Positions 19,559 to 27,304 of a stretch of DNA of 64,000 bases are shown here, in pieces. The position numbers and the translations under genes were made by a program. Numbering within the stretch: the first letter of the stretch is position 1; every line of letters starts with the position of its first letter. This stretch comes from an uncultured Nitrospiraceae bacterium (GTDB lineage Bacteria; Nitrospirota; Thermodesulfovibrionia; Thermodesulfovibrionales; SM23-35): assembly GCA_963727775.1 (NCBI GenBank), contig CAVSHB010000002.1:211599-275598 (forward strand), given 5' to 3'. The notes under the pieces are model-generated. The model ran no database searches. It was given only the letters and a program-made list of their open reading frames with translations, and had not been told where the DNA came from.

Positions 19559-19745
19559 CTAAAACCCTTCTCTGTCTGTCTTTCCTGTCCTCAAAAGTGA
19601 TAGGGTTTTGTGAACAGTGCTGGGCTTTTGCTTTGTCTGGTTCGCAATCTGACGAACTGATAGTCTAGAATTCTGCTCATGGACCTCGATGATCTTACGC
19701 CGATATATCGGAGAGAGTCCCCCCTGCCGATTTGCTTTCCCTATA
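19559..19745 (-). pseudogene. Remnant of a serine recombinase (resolvase) gene, C-terminal HTH part
   Basis: The reverse complement of 19531-19740 aligns by eye along its length with 39558-39766, the 3' end of the intact resolvase gene. It has scattered substitutions and a 1-nt deletion. It translates to LSPIYRRKIIEVHEQNSRLSVRQIANQTKQKPSTVHKTLSLLRTGKTDREGF*. No catalytic domain remains upstream. Confidence 0.75.
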
Positions 19746-19960
19746 CTGCTTCTCCGATCGTACCAAAGATCGATTCATCAATTCGGTAATGGGCGCTCAA
19801 GAAGAAGGTCGTTGGGCGTCGTAGTGACTGTCTTCTCCCTGCAGTTAGGCGCTTGACGGAAGCACTGCATCCAGCAAATGAATGCGAAATGGCTCAGGGT
19901 AGGTACAACTGCTGTGACGATAAAGATAGCGGCAGCCTATAAACATCGACAACCCAAAAC

Positions 19961-20446
19961 TCACGAAAGGACGCCGTGCTCTATGCGGCCAATGAGATCC
20001 TCGACTTCATCAGCACCCACTTGTGTATCGAGCAGTTCAAGCGGGATTCTCTCGCCGAGTCCATATTGAGGCTGTTTCAACCACGAGCGAGCATTCTCTT
20101 CGTCTCCTGTCAGTTCTATCGCTAAAGCGAGTATTCTTGCGATCCTATAGAGGCGGTCACTGGCCACAAGGGGCAGGCGAGCTGATAGCTTTCTTATTGA
20201 GCTAAGCTTCCTCTGGCTAATACCTAAGACATAGGACAAATCCTCTTTTGACATATCTAAAGCTTTCATGACACGCTCGCATGCGGTAAAGGACATACCT
20301 CTGCGTATAAGCCGATCAATACTTATAAAATCAACTTTTTTCATTCTTGTGCCAAGAATTGCCAATATTCTTAGGTTTAATCGTAATTCCATGTTTACAT
20401 GTTTCATTTTCAATCCGGAGTAAAAGTATTTTGCTAAGTATATCAC
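19961..20446 (-). CDS. Xre/MbcA/ParS-like antitoxin with DUF2384 toxin-binding domain
   Basis: The C-terminal ARSWLKQPQYGLGERIPLELLDTQVGADEVEDLIGRIEHGVLS is the characteristic DUF2384 tail. The true start is probably internal (MELRLN... or MKKVDF...). Confidence 0.75.
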   Translation of the reverse strand: MIYLAKYFYSGLKMKHVNMELRLNLRILAILGTRMKKVDFISIDRLIRRGMSFTACERVMKALDMSKEDLSYVLGISQRKLSSIRKLSARLPLVASDRLYRIARILALAIELTGDEENARSWLKQPQYGLGERIPLELLDTQVGADEVEDLIGRIEHGVLS

Positions 20447-20746
20447 GCGCGTAAATAGTCACAGAAATAGAAAACAGAATTCAACTTGTCAAATAATATC
20501 TGTGCTATATCAAGGGCCATCTATACCCCTATCCCATTCTTTCACGGAAAGCGTTCAATACCCGCCATACAAAACTCTCCTTGGATCTTCCTCGAAGAGC
20601 AACAGTCAACCTGATACTAAACACCCAGGACATTTCGGCGAGACCGTTGGTTTCCGATTATAACCTTGCGTCGTGCATGCAGCCTCAGTCATTTCCGGTC
20701 CTTCCTGAAATAAACGATTGATAGTGACTCCCCAACGGCCACGAAT

Positions 20747-21205
20747 TCATTTATTTGGTATGGGTACCGTGGACACTATTACGATTACTTTCACTAGAAA
20801 AATCATCACAACCAGAGTTAAATAAAAGGGCCAAACTGAAAACGACCCCAAAGCAGCAAAAAAGTTTTTGATCTTATTGCCAGAAGGACGCACACAATAA
20901 AGGTCAGTGGCCACCACCTTGCCACCATGTAATTTCTCGATAAATAAACTGTAAGAATCGCGGAACCTTTTTTCCAGCGATAGGTAAGAGGCATCGAGAA
21001 AACAAAATAAGGCCGTTGGTATAAGGGCTATAAGGGCAAATTGAGGCTTCCCCTTGTCAGCTACGATAACCAAAATTGCAGAAACTAGAGTAATACACCA
21101 TGCCTTGCATGACGTACTGTTGGAAGCCATCCGATTAATTACAGATTGCGTAATGCTGAGATGTGCCTGTACAGACGGAGAATCCTCTTTGAAATTATCG
21201 ACCAT
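20747..21205 (-). CDS. Small three-TM membrane protein, downstream partner of the TIR-like gene
   Basis: 152 aa. Hydrophobic segments WCITLVSAILVIVA, FALIALIPTALFCFLDASYL and FSVWPFYLTLVVMIFLVKVIVIV. Its start lies 4 nt after the stop of 21210-21716. Confidence 0.7.
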   Translation of the reverse strand: MVDNFKEDSPSVQAHLSITQSVINRMASNSTSCKAWCITLVSAILVIVADKGKPQFALIALIPTALFCFLDASYLSLEKRFRDSYSLFIEKLHGGKVVATDLYCVRPSGNKIKNFFAALGSFSVWPFYLTLVVMIFLVKVIVIVSTVPIPNK

Positions 21206-21209
21206 AGCT

Positions 21210-21716
21210 TCACTTTCTCTGAGCGGCCGCTTCTATCCAATCTTCAATATTGTCTTTTATATCATTATATGCATCCGTACTCTTTGGGTTATAGCACTTC
21301 ACCACGGTTGATAACTTTTTGCCCTTATTGGGGCCATCCGAAAAGGTGAAATCGTCAAATGGATTTTTGCCTTGGTTACATGTTCCAGTCCCAGTATCTT
21401 TTTTCTTCTTCGGGCAGCTTAAATTATGGATATAAATTCCCAAAAGCCCCCTTTTATCGTTCCAAGCTTTTTCTATTTCATACTTAACCAAAGGCCGACC
21501 TGCTGTTTTTTCACCTACAAGCACAATAACACAAGACCTGTACTGCATGTTGTCATCGATCCATTTTTTTACCCCGCCTTCTTTTTTTTGTAGCTTTTCC
21601 CATTCATTCGGGGAAACAGGTTCATCCCCTTCTATAACGCCCATATTTCTAATTTGTTGCACTCTAAATACATCGTTGTCGAAATGAAAACTGTAAAATA
21701 CTTGTTTCTTTGCCAT
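21210..21716 (-). CDS. TIR-like domain protein (MTH538/DUF1863 type, ThsB-like)
   Basis: 168 aa with RBS AAGGGGGG. KQVFYSFHFDNDVFRVQQIRN...CVIVLVGEKTAGRPLVKYEIEKAW...GLLGIYIHNL matches my memory of PF08937-type TIR-like proteins, including the conserved glutamate context W/V-x-x-E-I. Confidence 0.7.
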   Translation of the reverse strand: MAKKQVFYSFHFDNDVFRVQQIRNMGVIEGDEPVSPNEWEKLQKKEGGVKKWIDDNMQYRSCVIVLVGEKTAGRPLVKYEIEKAWNDKRGLLGIYIHNLSCPKKKKDTGTGTCNQGKNPFDDFTFSDGPNKGKKLSTVVKCYNPKSTDAYNDIKDNIEDWIEAAAQRK

Positions 21717-21878
21717 TTGGTTACCCCCCTTTTGAGTAACAACCGCAAGCCCTATAAAACATTCTTGTCCGAAGTCAAAAGTTGGCTACGGACTTTTGAA
21801 ATTGAACTTCCCGCCGACCCAGAGCTGTGAAGTTTTTAAGCTTCATAGGAACGCTCCATTGCTTGCTCTTGCATGAAG

Positions 21879-22097
21879 TCACTTTTTTTTCAAAAGTTGA
21901 TCGAGGGTTTCCACACCCTCGTTTTTCAAGACAGTACCGAGTTTAGTATTGGATCGATAACCCGTCGCGAACTTTTCTCCATATTCATCTCGTAATGTCC
22001 CGACCAATGTATCGTCCCGTTTTTTGCGGATCTGGCCGTCATTGTCTCGCATCCGGTCGTCGAGGCCTGTAGGGAAATGCTTCTGCTTCTTCGTCAT
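21879..22097 (-). CDS. Small conserved hypothetical protein (72 aa)
   Basis: I prefer the start MTKKQKHFPTGLDDRMRDNDGQIRKKRDDTLVGTLRDEYGEKFA..., which is preceded by GGAGGA. No function is recognised. Confidence 0.5.
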   Translation of the reverse strand: MTKKQKHFPTGLDDRMRDNDGQIRKKRDDTLVGTLRDEYGEKFATGYRSNTKLGTVLKNEGVETLDQLLKKK

Positions 22098-22444
22098 GTG
22101 TTGTCCTCCTTTTTTGCATCTGTGAAGGAAGAGCCTATTGGCCTCCTTCATCCATCTGTTGCTGCTCTACCTTAAATAGCACCTGAGCGTCAAATCAAAA
22201 CCTATTTGCCGCATTTGTGGTCGACCGTGGATGCGACTTATAACATTCACAGTCTTCGGCCCGGGCTTGCCTTACCTCACGGGACGGTATTTGACATTAG
22301 CCAAATGAAACTCCTCCCTTAAGGCGATTAATGACCGCCTCTGTCGTTTCGATATAATGGGCCTGAATATGGGAGTGCTCATGTGCCATTTAAAGCAGAG
22401 CATTTTATGTCGAACCTACATCCAAGCGTTTCATGGTTTTTGTC

Positions 22445-22717
22445 TTATTCCATGCCAAAATTTCTGTACTCTCCTCTATCATAATCATATACCTCAATTT
22501 CAACGGATCCGCCACTTCTGCTTATCGATTCCACTTCAACATCCTTATAGTCTCCCGTGTCATAGTCATATATCTCAATATCATTGCCCGACCTTACGAG
22601 ATTCCCTTTATCAATCTCAATATAATTTCCCCTGTCATAATCGTACCCGTCCTATGCTATTGCGCCGATAGGAAATAAAAGGAAACCGATTATTAACAAT
22701 AAGGTTGTTTTTTTCAT
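22445..22717 (-). pseudogene. Small secreted YDYD-repeat protein interrupted by an in-frame TAG after the signal peptide
   Basis: My minus-strand translation is MKKTTLLLIIGFLLFPIGAIA-[TAG at 22654-22652]-DGYDYDRGNYIEIDKGNLVRSGNDIEIYDYDTGDYKDVEVESISRSGGSVEIEVYDYDRGEYRNFGME*. RBS GGAGAG is present. It is not in the ORF track because of the stop codon. Confidence 0.6.
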
Positions 22718-22740
22718 AAATCTCTCCTTCTGACATTTTT

Positions 22741-23010
22741 TTATTTTGTGTTTCTGCGATTATAGTAACGCTCCAAATATTTGTCGGGATTCCCCCGTGT
22801 TATTTTGCCTTTGTTTGGGTTGAAATTACCGGGGAAGCTATAGTTCTTATAAGGATTGCTGGAAGGCTGCGTTCTCTGATACTGGCTGACATACGTGCCA
22901 TTACTTCTGAAATAACCTCTGACCGCTCCTGCGTCGGAAGACCTGGCAACGGTAAAGAAAAATATGAAAATTAAAGCGCTCATCAGTAAAACTGTTTTCA
23001 TTGTCCTCAT
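22741..23010 (-). CDS. Small secreted hypothetical protein
   Basis: I prefer the start MRTMKTVLLMSALIFIFFFTVARS (RBS AGGAGGGG). The mature part GYFRSNGTYVSQYQRTQPSSNPYKNYSFPGNFNPNKGKITRGNPDKYLERYY resembles a widespread small-protein motif. Confidence 0.55.
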   Translation of the reverse strand: MRTMKTVLLMSALIFIFFFTVARSSDAGAVRGYFRSNGTYVSQYQRTQPSSNPYKNYSFPGNFNPNKGKITRGNPDKYLERYYNRRNTK

Positions 23011-23163
23011 TTGTCCCCTCCTAAATTTTTTCTTATTACAAAGACTGCTGGAAAAGGATTTTTCTTCCATTGGAAAGTCAACTTTTTGATAATTAAAAAA
23101 TTCTATTAAGAATCAAGAAATTAATGTTTTAAAAGTTTCCTTAAAATCCTTATAATTCAATTT

Positions 23164-23766
23164 ATGTCAGATAATGTGCTTCAGATCATTAATGATTGCC
23201 TGTCCGATAAGGAGGGCGGCTGGGATCTTTTTTTTAAAGAGTACGCTTCCGTCGCCATGAACATTCTGAATCACCACTTCCCAAGCTTCTCGCAGGCCGA
23301 TAAAGACGACGTTATTCAAAATATTTTTTCAAAACTGCTAAAGGGCGGTCTCAAAAATTTCCAAGGCACCAATAAATATGAGTTTCTTGCTTATTTCAAG
23401 AAAATCGCGACTAATGAGGCGCGAACTTATCTTGAATATGCGGGGAAATGGAAGACCTCTGTATCTCTTGACCAGGGTAAAAATTGTGCTGACGACATAT
23501 TGCCACCCTTGGAAATCCCCGATAATAAGCCCTTGCCTGACGTAGAAATGGAAGGTAATGAATTGGTAAAGTTAATCCATACGGTTCTGGACGGCGTCCC
23601 GGTAGAAACCAAACAAATATTTCTAATGAAGGCTGAGGGATACAAGGACAAGGAGGTTTCCGACATATTGGGGATATCTATGGGTACTGTGGCATCTCGG
23701 TACTCACGAATCAGAGAAAAGTTGCGGCGCTTACTGGGCAACAATAATACGGAAGAAAAACACTAA
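23164..23766 (+). CDS. ECF-type RNA polymerase sigma-70 family factor
   Basis: 200 aa. Region 2-like DVIQNIFSKLLKG. Region 4 HTH QIFLMKAEGYKDKEVSDILGISMGTVASRYSRIREKLRRLL. Confidence 0.82.
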   Translation: MSDNVLQIINDCLSDKEGGWDLFFKEYASVAMNILNHHFPSFSQADKDDVIQNIFSKLLKGGLKNFQGTNKYEFLAYFKKIATNEARTYLEYAGKWKTSVSLDQGKNCADDILPPLEIPDNKPLPDVEMEGNELVKLIHTVLDGVPVETKQIFLMKAEGYKDKEVSDILGISMGTVASRYSRIREKLRRLLGNNNTEEKH

Positions 23767-23790
23767 AAAAGCAGTCTATAAAGAAGAGAA

Positions 23791-25269
23791 ATGAATATAC
23801 CTCTTAAAGAAAAGATAGAGAATCTCCTGCAAGACATCGATAGTCTGAAGACACCGGCATGTGTCGATATCAATACTATTGGTTTGTATGCCGAAAACAA
23901 GCTTTCGAACAAAGAAGAACAGAAAGCAGAGAACCACTTGCAATCTTGCCTTTATTGTCTAAAGCAGTTAAATGACATGAAGGAGATGCTTTATTTCCAA
24001 GAACAGAAGACTTCTATCTCTCCTGAACTTATTAAAAAACTTAGTGGGTTATGTCTGAAACAGGAAGAAACAATCCGAAAAACCGGCTTTCTTACGTTAT
24101 TCGTCGGCAAGATAAAAGACTTTCTTGCTTTTCCGTTCAGGCAATGGCGATATTCGGTAGTCGGCCTTGCGAGCGCATGTATGACAAGCCTGTTTATTTT
24201 GTTCTTTTTAAGGACTGAAACCCATAATGTTTTGGTGCCGCACATCGATTCAAACTCTTTCGTCAATATTAGAGCACTCAGCGACAGCGGTAAAGTGTTA
24301 AACGAGGCGCAAGGCGTTGTTATTAATTCCAAGGGGCTTGTAGCTTCCAATCTTTACCAGCTAGCCGGTGCTAGTTCCATTCAGGTTACTCTACGCGACG
24401 GCCGTACCTATCAGACAAGAAATATCTGGAAGGACGAGGACAAAAACCTTGCCGTTATGAAGATCAATAACGAATCACTTCCTTCTATACCTATCGCTGA
24501 TATAAAGCAGGTTAATATTGGGCAGAGCGTTTTTGTTGTCACGGACCCTACCATGGCAAAAAAAGGGTTCAAGGAATCGTTAGTAAGCGATTTCAAGCAG
24601 ATGCCCGGCAGGCGTAAAGAGAGCACGGTACAGTATATCCAGCTTGCGACATTTACTACAAACACCACAAAAGGGGCACTGATTGATGGACAAGGGAAAC
24701 TGGTAGGCCTTCTCATAACCGAAGAGAAGAATATTAATCTTGCCGTTCCGATCGCCGATGCCGAACGGATAGTAAAAGAAGGCAAAGCAATTCCCGTGAG
24801 CGAACTAAAACGAAACAAATTCTCTGCCGATGCGCTAAATTTCTATATGAAAGGCATTCTCGCCCGTGATGCGCAACGGTGGAACGAAGCAATGGAGTTT
24901 TATAAGAAGGCGCTGAAGCTTAACCCAAATTTGGTGGGCGCTCACATCGAGCTAGGATATGTATATTATATAAAGCATTTATATGATCTTGAAGCGCGGG
25001 AATATGAGGATGTTCTTAAGATCGACCCTCAAAACAAGGATGCTCTGTATTCATTGGGAACAAACTTGGAAACGAGGGGATTATTTAAAGAGGCAATAAA
25101 TAAATATGAAGAAGTAATTGCGCTTGATCCAGAGGATGCGGAGACAATTTTTGAATTGGGGCTGGCTTACCTAGCTCTGGGGCAGAAAGATAAGGCCATG
25201 ACGCTTTATCCTAAATTAAAGGCAATAGATCCCGGATATGGCGAGGTATTGAGGCGCTTAGGTAAATAA
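23791..25269 (+). CDS. Anti-sigma factor (zf-HC2) fused to a TM segment, a trypsin-like (HtrA-like) domain with a substituted triad, and TPR repeats
   Basis: 492 aa. HLQSCLYCLKQL is the H-x3-C-x2-C motif. The TM segment is YSVVGLASACMTSLFILFFL. The protease-like part is GVVINSKGLVASNLYQL...NLAVMKIN...TKGALIDGQGKLVGLL. The C-terminal TPR-like repeats include ALKLNPNLVGAHIELGYVY, VLKIDPQNKDALYSLG and VIALDPEDAETIFELG. Confidence 0.75.
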   Translation: MNIPLKEKIENLLQDIDSLKTPACVDINTIGLYAENKLSNKEEQKAENHLQSCLYCLKQLNDMKEMLYFQEQKTSISPELIKKLSGLCLKQEETIRKTGFLTLFVGKIKDFLAFPFRQWRYSVVGLASACMTSLFILFFLRTETHNVLVPHIDSNSFVNIRALSDSGKVLNEAQGVVINSKGLVASNLYQLAGASSIQVTLRDGRTYQTRNIWKDEDKNLAVMKINNESLPSIPIADIKQVNIGQSVFVVTDPTMAKKGFKESLVSDFKQMPGRRKESTVQYIQLATFTTNTTKGALIDGQGKLVGLLITEEKNINLAVPIADAERIVKEGKAIPVSELKRNKFSADALNFYMKGILARDAQRWNEAMEFYKKALKLNPNLVGAHIELGYVYYIKHLYDLEAREYEDVLKIDPQNKDALYSLGTNLETRGLFKEAINKYEEVIALDPEDAETIFELGLAYLALGQKDKAMTLYPKLKAIDPGYGEVLRRLGK

Positions 25270-25447
25270 CGTGTTTTGAATGGTCCGGCTGCAAACGTCT
25301 CGCCAGCTGCGTTGGTTTTCGATAGGAATATTCCTCCGGTCGTCGTAAAATGAATTGGATCTTATTTGTGGAGGGGCATTCGATGCCATTTTGTCCAAAT
25401 CCTGAACGCCCATATCCCAAAATTTGTTATATTTGAATCAGGGGATC

Positions 25448-25813
25448 ATGAAACAAGGGATTATCTCTAAAAAAGAAAATGGCAAGGTAATTGTAAGGCT
25501 TGCCAATGAGTACTATGAACGACAAGCCGTCTCCGCTGCGGCGCACAAACTGACTGATCGGTTTGTTGTTGTGATAGACCCCATAGATGACCGCGCTGTC
25601 GGCGTATACCTTGAACCGAAAGGAGATGCCAACCTTAATGAGCAAAGCATTGATGATGCGATTTCTGCATTCTGCAATGACATTTTGGATGAGCAGGTCA
25701 GGCTTGATCTCGACAGGCAGTATGGCAGCTTGCGTGACTTAATAGTCAGACAGGCTTTTACTCCCCTCACTTCTTCTGAATTATCAAACGAAGTCAAGGG
25801 ACTCAAGAAATAA
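25448..25813 (+). CDS. hxsD: His-Xaa-Ser system protein HxsD
   Basis: 121 aa from the internal ATG (MKQGIISKKENGKVIVRL...). AFCNDILDEQVRLDL resembles the LLNDYxLRE-type signature I recall for HxsD. It lies immediately upstream of the two paired radical-SAM genes. Confidence 0.65.
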   Translation: MKQGIISKKENGKVIVRLANEYYERQAVSAAAHKLTDRFVVVIDPIDDRAVGVYLEPKGDANLNEQSIDDAISAFCNDILDEQVRLDLDRQYGSLRDLIVRQAFTPLTSSELSNEVKGLKK

Positions 25814-25819
25814 GCCAGG

Positions 25820-27304
25820 ATGTCTTTTATACCTCAAACCAATACCTCACCCTATAACTTTTTGCCTTTCAAGTTTATGCGTTTCCATCACGAAAAGATA
25901 CTCCTTGTCAATGAGGCTGGTGAGTATCTTTTTCTTAGTGTGGAGGACTTTAACGGTTTCCTCAACTTTGGGCTACCTGCAGATTCCAACACTTATCAGG
26001 ACCTGAAGGCGAAACATTTTTTATACGCCTCTGATAAAGCTCTTGTGCCAACGATAGAGATGCTTTCAACCAAGTATCGTACTAAAAAAGCTTTCCTCAG
26101 AAATTTTACTACCCTGCATATGGTGGTTACAACTCTTAGATGCAATCACCGCTGCAATTATTGCCATGCATCAAGCCAGGATGCGAATGCACAGAAGTTT
26201 GATATGTCTATCGAAACAGCCCAGCGTGTAACAGAGGTCATCTTTGAGACCCCCTCTCCGATTATTAAGATTGAGTTCCAGGGAGGAGAGTCGCTCCTGA
26301 ATTTTAATGCAGTCAAAGAAATTGTAAGATACGCCGAACGCCTCAACAAAAAACGGCATAAACAGCTCAGCTTTGTGCTGTGCACGAACCTCACACTGAT
26401 TGACAAGGATAACTTACAGTTTCTCAAAGAGCATGATATCCTGATCTCCACATCCCTTGATGGCCCTCATGAACTCCATAATGCCAATAGGATAATGAGG
26501 GACGGTGGAGACAGCTATAACACCTTTATTGAGAAACTGGAACTTTCGAGGGGTATGCTCGGGCATGATCGAATATCGGCGCTCTTGACGGTAACCAAAG
26601 GTAATCTTTCCCTACTTCGGAATGTTGTCGATGAATATGTGAGACTGGGGTTTAACGGCGTATTTCTGAGGTCTCTGAACCCTTACGGATATGCGAAGAA
26701 AGAAAGCGGACGGCTGCTTCAGTATTCTATGGAAGAGTTTATTGAGGCATACAAACAGACTCTCGCATACATAATCGAGCTGAATCTGAAGGGCAGGTTC
26801 TTTTCAGAATATTTCGCCACTATCCTGCTTTCGAGAATCATGACTCCTTTTTCTACGGGCTTCATGGATCTCCAGTCTCCGGCCGGTGCCGGCATCCTTG
26901 GCGTGATATATAACCATAATGGTGATGTCTACCCTACGGACGAGGCAAGAATGCTCGCAAATACTGGGGATACCCACTTCAGGCTGGGCAACGTCCACCA
27001 TGATACCCATAATGAAATCTTCGGGAGTGCCCTCTTAAGGAAAATTACAAGGAACTCCTGCACGGAAACGATACCGGGCTGCCATGACTGTGCATTCCAA
27101 ATGTACTGTGGGGCTGATCCGATTCGTGCCTATTCACAACAGAATGACAATACATATATTGGGCACATCCCGAGCAGTGAGTTTTGCAAGAAGCATAAGA
27201 CCATAATTGCCTTCCTTTTTGACATCATAGAGAACAATCCCGACGCCTGTGATGTCTTCTGGTCCTGGATCACAAAGCGCAACCTGAAGGAAGTCAGAGT
27301 ATGA
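25820..27304 (+). CDS. hxsB: His-Xaa-Ser system radical SAM maturase HxsB (SPASM-type C-terminus)
   Basis: 494 aa. TLRCNHRCNYCHAS is the CxxxCxxC cluster motif. The C-terminal Cys-rich CTETIPGCHDCAFQMYCGADP is SPASM-like. Confidence 0.8.
   Translation: MSFIPQTNTSPYNFLPFKFMRFHHEKILLVNEAGEYLFLSVEDFNGFLNFGLPADSNTYQDLKAKHFLYASDKALVPTIEMLSTKYRTKKAFLRNFTTLHMVVTTLRCNHRCNYCHASSQDANAQKFDMSIETAQRVTEVIFETPSPIIKIEFQGGESLLNFNAVKEIVRYAERLNKKRHKQLSFVLCTNLTLIDKDNLQFLKEHDILISTSLDGPHELHNANRIMRDGGDSYNTFIEKLELSRGMLGHDRISALLTVTKGNLSLLRNVVDEYVRLGFNGVFLRSLNPYGYAKKESGRLLQYSMEEFIEAYKQTLAYIIELNLKGRFFSEYFATILLSRIMTPFSTGFMDLQSPAGAGILGVIYNHNGDVYPTDEARMLANTGDTHFRLGNVHHDTHNEIFGSALLRKITRNSCTETIPGCHDCAFQMYCGADPIRAYSQQNDNTYIGHIPSSEFCKKHKTIIAFLFDIIENNPDACDVFWSWITKRNLKEVRV

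Noticed and set aside
19745-19960. Search for a RES-domain toxin ORF downstream of the MbcA-like antitoxin.
   Set aside because: All three minus-strand frames contain stops within ~20 codons and show no RES-like motifs. I reported this as an orphan antitoxin instead.
22357-22678. Plus-strand ORFs 22357-22671 and 22433-22678.
   Set aside because: Their compositions are odd and Ile/His/Cys-rich. They are the reverse frames of the minus-strand YDYD-repeat gene, which has an RBS, a signal peptide and an internal repeat structure.
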